IMG/VR virus record: IMGVR_UViG_3300045747_000505
Direction: 5' to 3' (one strand)
Source of the DNA: a virus
Taxonomy: Duplodnaviria > Caudoviricetes
DNA length: 64,000 nucleotides
The notes under the pieces are model-generated. The model made no database searches, was not told the origin of the DNA, and saw nothing but the letters and a program-made list of their open reading frames with translations. This document shows positions 1 to 8,163 of the stretch, one piece after another. The translations under genes were made by a program, and so were the position numbers. How positions within the stretch are numbered: the first letter of the stretch is position 1; every line of letters starts with the position of its first letter.

Positions 1-5
1 CCTGG

Positions 6-323
6 TTGGCAAGCGTCTCATCGCAAACCTTCTCTGGTCGCTCACTTCGGCCAGGCACGAAGCGGGTCAATCCCGTAGTGCACGCTCCAGTGCTGCGCGA
101 GGTCTCGCTGCCGGCAAGTCGCAGCACGCCTGGCGGCAATGGCACGACGAGCGTTCATCGCCCTGAGATTCTCTATCGTGACAACGAGGAGCTGCTCGCT
201 CGTGAGCTCGCCGCACGGCAGCGCAAGTTCAACGTGGCGCCAGCCTACAACAAGGGTGCCGATCAGCTCGTGACCGAGGAAGAGCTGGTCAATCTGCTCT
301 CGTCGAACAAGCGTCGGTCATGA
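6..323 (+). CDS. hypothetical protein (start uncertain)
   Basis: ORF whose stop overlaps the next start (ATGA). Confidence 0.6.
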   Translation: MASVSSQTFSGRSLRPGTKRVNPVVHAPVLREVSLPASRSTPGGNGTTSVHRPEILYRDNEELLARELAARQRKFNVAPAYNKGADQLVTEEELVNLLSSNKRRS

Positions 324-520
324 AGATCAAACGAACCAGCCTGCTGTCAGGCATCACGCGCGAGCGTGAGATCAACATCACCGAGCAGCAGCTCGATCAG
401 CTCAAGCGCATTCGAAACGTCAAGTGGCTGTGTCCGCAGCTGTCCGACGTCGATCGCGACTTTCTACTCACCGGCAATCTCCCAGAGGACTGGGAAGCCG
501 AGCAACGGAGAACACAATGA
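320..520 (+). CDS. small hypothetical protein
   Basis: ATGA overlaps on both sides; phage-like codon use. Confidence 0.7.
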   Translation: MKIKRTSLLSGITREREINITEQQLDQLKRIRNVKWLCPQLSDVDRDFLLTGNLPEDWEAEQRRTQ

Positions 521-795
521 CCATTCAAACCGCCAGCGTCTCGCCAGAGTTCATCGCGAAGTCAATCACCAACGCCATCAAGGCCGAGCTTGAAGAGCTC
601 ATTCGCAAGCGCCTTCACGCCGAGGTCGATTCGATCGTCTCCGAGCTGGCGCGCGAGATCGCCGCCACCACGATGGTCAACGCGACTGGTTACCTCGAGC
701 AGGTCAGCAAGAGCAACTTCGGTGGGCCGGCCGTGATCATTCAGCTGTCGTTCAACAACGAGTCCGTCACCTACACGCCCGAACCTAAATCTTGA
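517..795 (+). CDS. hypothetical protein
   Basis: GGAG RBS then ATG at 517 (MTIQTAS), in frame with ORF 424..795. Confidence 0.7.
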   Translation: MTIQTASVSPEFIAKSITNAIKAELEELIRKRLHAEVDSIVSELAREIAATTMVNATGYLEQVSKSNFGGPAVIIQLSFNNESVTYTPEPKS

Positions 796-807
796 TTTGC
801 GCAGGGC

Positions 808-815
808 GATAAATA
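808..815 (+). promoter_or_regulatory. T4 gp55-type late promoter (GATAAATA); representative of about 20 (N)TAAATA sites, e.g. near 2428, 10781, 13691, 21714, 22457, 25797, 29373, 36106, 43108 and on the minus strand upstream of 5051, 25768, 34959, 39648
   Basis: Recurrent intergenic TAAATA immediately upstream of genes; matches T4 late consensus TATAAATA. Confidence 0.7.
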
Positions 816-819
816 GAGG

Positions 820-909
820 TGACGCAAGCCTTCGGGGTGCGTCAGTTCGCGAGGTGCCGAAAGGGCCTCACATCAACCAACTTGCTTCTTTGAAGGAGTA
901 CCTCTCATG
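820..909 (+). promoter_or_regulatory. ROSE-like RNA thermometer in hsp20 5' UTR
   Basis: Two hairpins then CTTGCTTCT paired against the AAGGAG SD; UUGCU opposite SD is the ROSE signature. Confidence 0.65.
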
Positions 910-1410
910 AATCCATCATTCCGCCCAATCGTCCACTCGTTCCTCGGCTTCGACAATCTGTTCGATCAGCTCGAGAGCGCCATGATCGCCGCTGCCGATC
1001 GCACCGCGCAGTCGAGCAACTTCCCGCCGTACAACGTCTACAAGGTTGGTGATGGCTACATCATCGAAGTTGCTGTCGCTGGCTACAAGCGCGAGGACAT
1101 CGAGATCAAGCACGACAAGAAGAAGTCGCTGCTCATCATCACAGGCGACAACGGCATCAAGCAGACCGCACCGCCTGTGCAGGACGACAACGCCGTGCTC
1201 AACGCGCCTGGCGCCGAGGTCACCACGCCGACCGCACCAACTCGCGAGGTCATTCGCACTGGCATCGCTCGCCGCAGCTTCACGCGCTCCTTCAATCTCG
1301 CCGATGACCTCGAAGTCTCGAGCGCTGGTCTGCAAGACGGCATGCTGACCGTCACGCTGATGAAGGTCGAGAACGAAGCCGACAAGCCGTTGCTGATCAC
1401 GATCGGCTAA
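907..1410 (+). CDS. ibpA: small heat-shock protein Hsp20/IbpA family
   Basis: FLGFDNLFD, NFPPYNV, IEVAVAG, GIARRSFTRSF, GMLTVTL motifs. Confidence 0.95.
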   Translation: MNPSFRPIVHSFLGFDNLFDQLESAMIAAADRTAQSSNFPPYNVYKVGDGYIIEVAVAGYKREDIEIKHDKKKSLLIITGDNGIKQTAPPVQDDNAVLNAPGAEVTTPTAPTREVIRTGIARRSFTRSFNLADDLEVSSAGLQDGMLTVTLMKVENEADKPLLITIG

Positions 1411-1412
1411 GC

Positions 1413-1622
1413 GTGTCGCTCACCCTCAAGGACATCGCCGTCAAGCTGATGCGCGGCGAGCTTCCGCCAATGGCACCTGAAGAGCTTGGTGGTGAGCGAC
1501 TTAAAGTGTGCGAGAGCTGCGAGTACATGACTCGCTACTCTCGCCAGTGCAAGTTGTGCAGCTGCTTTCTTGACCTCAAGGTCAAGCTTCTCGAATCAAC
1601 CTGTCCAATCAACCACTGGTAA
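1413..1622 (+). CDS. small Cys-rich (Zn-binding) protein
   Basis: CxxC...CxxCxCF...CPINHW pattern. Confidence 0.7.
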   Translation: MSLTLKDIAVKLMRGELPPMAPEELGGERLKVCESCEYMTRYSRQCKLCSCFLDLKVKLLESTCPINHW

Positions 1623-1625
1623 CAC

Positions 1626-2342
1626 ATGGCAATCAACTCTACGTCTATCGAAACTGTCTCAGGCAGTTACGTCGATTTCGCTGACCCACAGCCCGACACC
1701 ATCTTCATCGACGACATCGCTTGGGGTCTGAGCCGAGAGGCTCGCTTTGGCGGTCACACCAACACGCCCAATCCGTACAGCGTCGCGCAGCACTCGTCCG
1801 TCGTCTTCAACCTCATCGTCAAGGCCTTCGAGGAAGGTCCGATTCAAGATTCGCTGCTGGACTATCTGAAGGACAGCGGCATCGGCTCGACGTGCTTTCA
1901 CATCGCGTCTCTTGACCCAGATGGACGGCGCCTTGCTGCGCTGCACGGTCTGCTGCACGACGCGTCCGAAGCCTATCTGCGCGACATTCCGAATCCGGCC
2001 AAGCAGCTGCCCGAGCTGAAGACCGGCTACATGATTCTCGAAGGCCGGCTGATGAACGTCATTCTGCGAAAGTTCATGGGCGATGAGTTCATTGCCGACA
2101 AGAACCTTAGCACCGGCCTCGTTCACGTGACCTCGCCAATCGTCGGCTGGGCTGATCGCTACGCGCTCACCGTCGAGGCCTATCACATGCTGCCAAGTCG
2201 TGGTCAGCACTGGACTGGCACTCTCAAGCTGCCACGTGATGCACTGCAAAATTTTGTCTGGCCTATGCACTCCACGTTCGCCAACGATGAGTTCATGGAG
2301 AACTTCAAGTGGGCCATGTGCCTCGCTGATTGGAAGAAGTAA
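1626..2342 (+). CDS. HD-domain phosphohydrolase (YfbR/5'-deoxynucleotidase-like)
   Basis: DIAWGLS..ARFGGH, YSVAQHS, LLHDASEAYLRD, WAD motifs. Confidence 0.88.
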   Translation: MAINSTSIETVSGSYVDFADPQPDTIFIDDIAWGLSREARFGGHTNTPNPYSVAQHSSVVFNLIVKAFEEGPIQDSLLDYLKDSGIGSTCFHIASLDPDGRRLAALHGLLHDASEAYLRDIPNPAKQLPELKTGYMILEGRLMNVILRKFMGDEFIADKNLSTGLVHVTSPIVGWADRYALTVEAYHMLPSRGQHWTGTLKLPRDALQNFVWPMHSTFANDEFMENFKWAMCLADWKK

Positions 2343-2387
2343 CACCACTCAGCGCATTCTAATAGCATTAGTTGCCAAATAAGGAAT

Positions 2388-2413
2388 CGAAGAGGACCGC
2401 AAGGTCCTCTTCG
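2388..2413 (+). terminator. strong hairpin, probable terminator
   Basis: CGAAGAGGACC-GCAA-GGTCCTCTTCG after the HD gene. Confidence 0.55.
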
Positions 2414-2464
2414 GGTTTCTGCCTGACGATAAATACTCCATCACTTCCGTACTGGAGCATTCAC

Positions 2465-3049
2465 ATGAATTTCAATCGTCTTCAATCCCTGGCGGGCAAG
2501 GGTCTCACTGAAGCCAAGAGCGCAACCTCTGACTTCGACGGCATTCGCGGCATCGTTGACGACGCGCTCGGCGACCTGAGCGACAAGCTCGGCAAGGGCG
2601 GTTCGCTCTCGACCCTGATGAAGAGCTCTGGCGCTGCCAAGCTCGACACTGTCAAGGACGCCGACGGCAAGAACATCGAGAAGCAGATCGTCGCGCTGAC
2701 CACCGAGTATAAGAAGGCCATCACCAAGCTGCTGATGGAAGCCGAGCTGCTCGTTTCTCAGGTTCACGAGGCTCAAGGTTCGGGCTCAGGTTCGGTTCTG
2801 CTGGAAGCCAAGGGCGACTACAGCGACAGCGGCGAGTTCACCGACGAGTTCTTCGGTCTGTTCGACCACCTCAACAAGATGAAGGCCGTCATCAAGGCTC
2901 CGCGCTGGTTGGAGTACATGAAGATGACCGACACCAACTTCGGTACTTCGACGGTAGAATCAGCATTGTCAACCATCTCAGCTCTCAACTCGCTTGACGC
3001 TGCGCTGCACGACATCGACGCCGAGTTCGACAAGGCCAACGGACACTAA
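2465..3049 (+). CDS. late hypothetical protein, putative internal head protein
   Basis: After GATAAATA; GGAG RBS; N-terminus ends in L-T-E-A. Confidence 0.7.
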   Translation: MNFNRLQSLAGKGLTEAKSATSDFDGIRGIVDDALGDLSDKLGKGGSLSTLMKSSGAAKLDTVKDADGKNIEKQIVALTTEYKKAITKLLMEAELLVSQVHEAQGSGSGSVLLEAKGDYSDSGEFTDEFFGLFDHLNKMKAVIKAPRWLEYMKMTDTNFGTSTVESALSTISALNSLDAALHDIDAEFDKANGH

Positions 3050-3051
3050 TC

Positions 3052-3801
3052 ATGCGTCTAAGCGAGATCAAGGTCCTTCGTGAAGACAGCACTCCAGCTA
3101 CTGACGCCGCAAACAGCTTCAAGGGTCATTGGGACGCTGGCTGGAGCGATGTAAAGAAAGCCGATGACAAGGCCGGCGCGAAGGATGCGACGGTCGATGA
3201 ATCAATGGAGCCGATCATCGCGCAGATTGTTGGCGGCTATCCAGCGACATCGACTCTTGATCATGCGAAGCTCACGAAGATGATGCCTGACGATGAAGCA
3301 CGAGCCACCGTCAAAAAGAACATGGATGCTATCCCGGCCATCATCATTGGGATGGCAGACAAGTACATGGCCAACCTCCGTGGTCTCGCCGATCACGGAC
3401 TTCGAGCTCGCGTTCAAGCTGCCAGAGGTGGTAAGCCCGTTGAAGATTGGCTTAAGGAGCTAAGACTTGACTTGCTCGCTCAGCTTGATAGGCGATCAGC
3501 GGTCTTCACAACAGACCACGAGAAGCTGAAGCGTCTCTCCGTCGTCTTTGCCGATCAACAGTATCGCAAGATGATGTCAGCAGCTTTGATGTCCTCCAAG
3601 GGCGCAACTGACATCGCTGACAAGGCCTCCATCAAGATCGAACCAGCCATTCGCAAGCCACTTGGGTCTAAGAACGCAGTAGATGAAGCTGACCGCACCA
3701 TCAACACTCTTGAGGCCTTCATTGGATATTGCCGAGCGCTGCTTGAAAATCAAAACGCCACGGCTCGACAGATTGGCCCGTTCTTGGATCAGAAGTCATA
3801 A
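3052..3801 (+). CDS. late hypothetical protein
   Basis: MRLSEIKVLRED N-terminus; tandem with the previous gene. Confidence 0.7.
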   Translation: MRLSEIKVLREDSTPATDAANSFKGHWDAGWSDVKKADDKAGAKDATVDESMEPIIAQIVGGYPATSTLDHAKLTKMMPDDEARATVKKNMDAIPAIIIGMADKYMANLRGLADHGLRARVQAARGGKPVEDWLKELRLDLLAQLDRRSAVFTTDHEKLKRLSVVFADQQYRKMMSAALMSSKGATDIADKASIKIEPAIRKPLGSKNAVDEADRTINTLEAFIGYCRALLENQNATARQIGPFLDQKS

Positions 3802-3993
3802 TGCTGGCTTCATACTACATTTTTGGCGTTGCGTATCTTTCGGTCGCTTGGCTCTTCAGCCTCGCCTACCCAGCCCCAACGCTGCCAGATGAAGCGCCTA
3901 AAGTGGAACAAGCTGCATCAGCACCTAAAGTGTAACGCCGCTCCAGATTCCCAGGTTCGTGGTATAATGGTCCTACCGAATCAAGGACACACC

Positions 3994-4296
3994 ATGGAAA
4001 ATCTCTCTCGCGCCATCGCTGAAATCGCCTATGACAACGGCGCCATCAATCGTCTCAAGGACGAAGCGAGTGTGATGAAGCGCGTGTTCGTCGCGCTGTA
4101 CAACGAGTTCACGATGGACACGCTCAGGGTCGTCGAGAATCGCCTGTCCGAGCTGTCTGACACGCAGCTCATCGTGCTGTGCACCGGTGAGGAGACCGAA
4201 GCCAAGGCGATCTACCTCAACAACGACTTCCCGTTCTCGATCCCTGACATCGCTGCGATCGAAGCCGTGCTCAACTTCATCTTCGAGACTATTTAA
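3994..4296 (+). CDS. early hypothetical protein
   Basis: GGTTCGTGG-TATAAT promoter and AAGGA RBS upstream of ATG 3994. Confidence 0.7.
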   Translation: MENLSRAIAEIAYDNGAINRLKDEASVMKRVFVALYNEFTMDTLRVVENRLSELSDTQLIVLCTGEETEAKAIYLNNDFPFSIPDIAAIEAVLNFIFETI

Positions 4297-5051
4297 GGAA
4301 TCGCAGCCGGTGGTGCCTCGTAGATAAGCTTCAGCTCGCGACGCTCTGGGACCGTCAGCGAGCTGACGGCTTTCTGCATGATGTTGCCAAGTCGCGCATT
4401 CGTCGGTTGATAACCAAACGAGAGCGCGTACGGGAATTCAATTGGGGCGGTCTTGAAGTGCCGATGGTACATCGCCTCAAAGTAATATGCCGAGCCGAGA
4501 TTGGTGACGACACCATCGACCGTACCGGCCATCATAGCTCGAAATGCAGCATGGTCATTCTCAAGCGCTAGAATGGTCACTTGCTTTCGCAGATTGTTCA
4601 ATCGGTCCTGTCCAAAGTAGTTTGGGGCATACCCAACGCGCAGCGGGAAATTGATTGGCAGGCTATTCAGCAGCATCACTGTTGAGAGCAGCGCGTATGG
4701 TTCAGTGAGACCCATGATGGCGAGCTGCTCCGGCGAAGGATTGACAGCCGCCAATATGTCTAGTCTGCCAGAGTAGAAATCAAGCATCATTTCGGCGCGG
4801 TCATTGTAGTGCAGCACATTGAACCGAAGTCCAGTTCGGCTTGAAACCTTCTTCAGCACATCAATCGACAGACCAACGGTTTCGCCGGTTGAGGACACCG
4901 ACGTGTAAGGTTGAAAGTTTGCGTCAGCACCAACGGTGATAATCTTCCCCGCCGCGTAGACTAGCTCTTCCTCGGTCAGCTTTGACTCGTTGATGATCGG
5001 TTTGCAGCTCGCGAGGAGCAGAAGGAGGATGATTATTAGCTTTCTCAGCAT
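4293..5051 (-). CDS. periplasmic solute-binding protein (SBP family 3-like), lipoprotein
   Basis: Lipobox LLASC; ITVGADANFQPY..GLSIDVLKKV..GL; VDGVV typical of amino-acid SBPs. Confidence 0.8.
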   Translation of the reverse strand: MLRKLIIILLLLLASCKPIINESKLTEEELVYAAGKIITVGADANFQPYTSVSSTGETVGLSIDVLKKVSSRTGLRFNVLHYNDRAEMMLDFYSGRLDILAAVNPSPEQLAIMGLTEPYALLSTVMLLNSLPINFPLRVGYAPNYFGQDRLNNLRKQVTILALENDHAAFRAMMAGTVDGVVTNLGSAYYFEAMYHRHFKTAPIEFPYALSFGYQPTNARLGNIMQKAVSSLTVPERRELKLIYEAPPAAIP

Positions 5052-5188
5052 GATGACAATGTTTAGGTTCAGCGTAGTATTTAGTTGCAGAAGTCCTTTC
5101 GCAGGGTATAATTACAGCACTGGCTCAGCAGACTTTAATCATCAACCCCTTAGTCTGTGGGGTTCCGAGAAGCCCAGTGGAGAAATCA

Positions 5189-6073
5189 ATGATGTATGCA
5201 AACAAGTTCGCGGCCGCCCTCAAAGTCAATGGGCGCGTCCTTCGTGAAGTCGAGGATTCGGTCTTCATTCCCTTTGGCGCCGAGTACGCCATCACCCTCA
5301 AGAACCTGAACGTCCGCAAGGCGCTCGTCAACATCGAGATCGATGGCAAGGACGTCACTGGCGGAGGTCTCGTCATCGAAGCTGGTCGCACCATCGACCT
5401 CGAACGGTTCATCGAGAACGGCAACCTCTCCGCTGGTCAGCGCTTCAAGTTCATCGAGCGCACCGCCAAGATCGAGAATGGTCCACGTGGCATCAAGGTC
5501 GAGGACGGCACCATTCGCGTGCGCTTCGCCTTCGACAACTCGCCGATCTACTATCAGCGTCAGGCGCGCCTTGGCACGCTGTACAGCAAGGGCGGGAGCG
5601 ATCCGTTCCGTGGTGGTCAGACCTATGACAGCTACAACATTGGCGGTGAGCTGAACAGCACGCGCAGCTTCTCGTCCAACTCTGGCCTGCTCGGCGACGC
5701 CGCAAAGGGCAGCGCCGAGTACTTCAACTCGGCTTCAGCCGGTGGCGGCACGCTCTCGGCTGCTCCGACCAAGGCCTCACACCGTCTCACCTCTTCGTCG
5801 GCAGCCATGGCTCAAGCCGCTTCGATCCCGAAGAACGACGTCGGCATCACCGTCGGCGGCTCGCTGAGCAGCCAGTCGTTCGTCGAGGTCGCCGAGTTCA
5901 GCACTGGGCCGGAAGAAGTCCTGGTGTTCCGTGTCTTCGGCGACGTGAATGGCGAGCCGGTGGCAGCACCGATGACGGTCAAGACCCTCATGCAGTGCCC
6001 GACCTGCGGTACGTCGAATGCCTTCGGCACGAAGTTCTGCGGCGAGTGCGGCACTGGTCTGCTGACCGTCTAA
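5189..6073 (+). CDS. hypothetical protein with C-terminal zinc ribbon
   Basis: CPTCG..FCGECG at the C-terminus; long ORF with RBS. Confidence 0.75.
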   Translation: MMYANKFAAALKVNGRVLREVEDSVFIPFGAEYAITLKNLNVRKALVNIEIDGKDVTGGGLVIEAGRTIDLERFIENGNLSAGQRFKFIERTAKIENGPRGIKVEDGTIRVRFAFDNSPIYYQRQARLGTLYSKGGSDPFRGGQTYDSYNIGGELNSTRSFSSNSGLLGDAAKGSAEYFNSASAGGGTLSAAPTKASHRLTSSSAAMAQAASIPKNDVGITVGGSLSSQSFVEVAEFSTGPEEVLVFRVFGDVNGEPVAAPMTVKTLMQCPTCGTSNAFGTKFCGECGTGLLTV

Positions 6074-6137
6074 CCTGCATTGAGGTCGCCGGTGGTGTGG
6101 TACAGGATACAATGTACCATCACCACTAGGAGACCAC

Positions 6138-7310
6138 ATGCAGATGACATCGTACAAGCTTGGCTGCAACTTTAACCCAGAGCTGATTGGGAAGGTCGCA
6201 GCCCTCAACGCGAAGTATCGCGATCAAGGCGTGCAGGTCGACGAGTTCTACGGCTCGGATCGGACTCACGCCTTTCTTGCTGCCCGCCCAGACTTTCGCC
6301 TGCCGGACATCGACCGGGACTTCCTCGAGCAGTACGTGAAGGACTCGCTCGCCGCCGGCATTCGCTTCAACTACACGATGAACTCCATCAACCCTGGCTC
6401 GAAGACCGAGCTGACGGCGTTGAAGGACGAGATTCAAGACTTCGTGCTGTGGCTTGAGCAGATTGGCGTGTATCGGATCACCATCGCGAATCTGCTCATC
6501 GCTGAGCTGATTCGTGAGGTCTCAACGACCATCAAGCTCGAGCTGAGCACCATCGCGCACGTCGACACCATCTCGCAGCTCAAGTACCTGCAAGAGACCT
6601 TCGGCATCGACAAGGTCTGCGGCAACCTCGCCAAGAACCGGAACAAGCGCTTTCTCAAGCAAGCTGCTCAGTACTGCGCTGACAACGGCATGAGCTACGA
6701 GATCATGCTCAACGAGTTCTGCGGCGTCGGCACACCAGACGGCAGCACCACGCACTGCACGTTCCGTGACAGCTGCTACATCGCTCACGCCTCGGACAAG
6801 ACGCAGGCCGACGCCATGCAGTTCGACACCTACCCGATGAAGTACTGCATCACCGCTCGCAAGATGGACGTCTCGTCCTGGCTCAAGCTGCGCTGGGTTC
6901 GTCCCGAGGACATCTACCGCTACGAAGCGCTGGGCATTCGCAACTTCAAGATCACTGGCCGCACCGGCACCACCGAGTACATCGTCGCGATGGCCGAAGC
7001 GTACCTCTCACGCTCGTGGGAAGGGAACCTGCTTCAACTGTGGAAGCCGCTCGAGACAATCTACAATCACAAGAGCGAGCTCGACCAAGAGCACAACGTC
7101 AACATTCCGAACAAGAGCCTCGACAAGTTCGTCGGCAAGTGGTTCAGCGGCGAGGGCTTCCGCTGCGAAGAAGAGCTGTGCGGCACGACGTGCCGGTACT
7201 GTCACGACTACTTCGAGAAGAAGTTCAGTGACCACGAGCTCGAGGGCGAGGACGCTCACAAGCTCGGCCTGCGCGAAGGCGTCAAGATGATTCCGATTGT
7301 CGCAGCATGA
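6138..7310 (+). CDS. peptidase U32-family protein (Fe-S hydroxylase-like)
   Basis: FNYTMNS, LELSTIAHV, NEFC, FKITGR and Cys-rich tail resemble U32 family. Confidence 0.75.
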   Translation: MQMTSYKLGCNFNPELIGKVAALNAKYRDQGVQVDEFYGSDRTHAFLAARPDFRLPDIDRDFLEQYVKDSLAAGIRFNYTMNSINPGSKTELTALKDEIQDFVLWLEQIGVYRITIANLLIAELIREVSTTIKLELSTIAHVDTISQLKYLQETFGIDKVCGNLAKNRNKRFLKQAAQYCADNGMSYEIMLNEFCGVGTPDGSTTHCTFRDSCYIAHASDKTQADAMQFDTYPMKYCITARKMDVSSWLKLRWVRPEDIYRYEALGIRNFKITGRTGTTEYIVAMAEAYLSRSWEGNLLQLWKPLETIYNHKSELDQEHNVNIPNKSLDKFVGKWFSGEGFRCEEELCGTTCRYCHDYFEKKFSDHELEGEDAHKLGLREGVKMIPIVAA

Positions 7311-8059
7311 AGCGCCTCCTCACTCTCGCGCTGCTCAGCGCCTCGCTGGCTCACGCCAATCCCTACTACGTGAGCGCCACCGGCTCGACCGAGCGGCTGC
7401 GCTACGACGTCGATGGTTGGTTGACGCGCAAGCTCGCCGTCGACAATCGCGCTGACTACCTTCGCCTCTTCGAGCTGGCTGGTGGCACGATGGAGACGCA
7501 GACCAAGCTGACGAACTTCTCGTACAAGGCCACGCTCGGCTATCAAGCCAGCGAGCACCTCGCCTACGAGCTGTCCGCACGCCGCTATCAACGGCACACC
7601 ATCAGTGCCACGCTCAGGGCAAGCGGTGAGCTGCTCGACATCTCAACGACGCTTGGTGGTCACTCGGCCAGCTTGACGGCCAACGCCAGCGGGACCGCAA
7701 AGGCCGCTGCTGAGCTGACAGCAACATCGCTCAGCGCTGCAGCCGTCTATCGCGTGCACGGTCCGGTGTTCGTTCGTGGTGGGCTCGAGTACGCCTACGC
7801 GGCCGTGACGCAGACCACGTCTGATTCGCTGTCGTACTCCTACACGGCGACGGTTGACGGCGTCACGCGAACGAGCAGCAAGACGATTCCGACGACCGTC
7901 GTGGAGAAGCAATCGTACCGTGTGGCGCTGCCGCTGCTCGGCATTGGCATTGACTATCCGTTGAGCAAGCAACTCTCGCTGCGCACCGAGTTCGAGCACG
8001 TAGGTCTGCTTCGTCAGGGCTTCGACTTCGCCTCGACGACGCTGCTCTATCGCTTCTGA
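7307..8059 (+). CDS. outer-membrane beta-barrel protein (OmpA-like 8-strand)
   Basis: Signal peptide LAHA; LGIGIDYPLSKQLSLRTEFE; terminal YRF. Confidence 0.8.
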   Translation: MKRLLTLALLSASLAHANPYYVSATGSTERLRYDVDGWLTRKLAVDNRADYLRLFELAGGTMETQTKLTNFSYKATLGYQASEHLAYELSARRYQRHTISATLRASGELLDISTTLGGHSASLTANASGTAKAAAELTATSLSAAAVYRVHGPVFVRGGLEYAYAAVTQTTSDSLSYSYTATVDGVTRTSSKTIPTTVVEKQSYRVALPLLGIGIDYPLSKQLSLRTEFEHVGLLRQGFDFASTTLLYRF

Positions 8060-8163
8060 TGTAATCTGCCACTTAGAGCGTTACGTTTAGGTCGAGCGCG
8101 ATTTGTCTCCTTTTCGTCACAACAGGTGTATAATCACCTTGTGTTCAACCAAGGAGTCTCATC

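Noticed and set aside
2351-2387. XerCD dif site
   Set aside because: It has only partial resemblance (GCGCAT arm); the 11-6-11 spacing and XerD arm do not fit convincingly.
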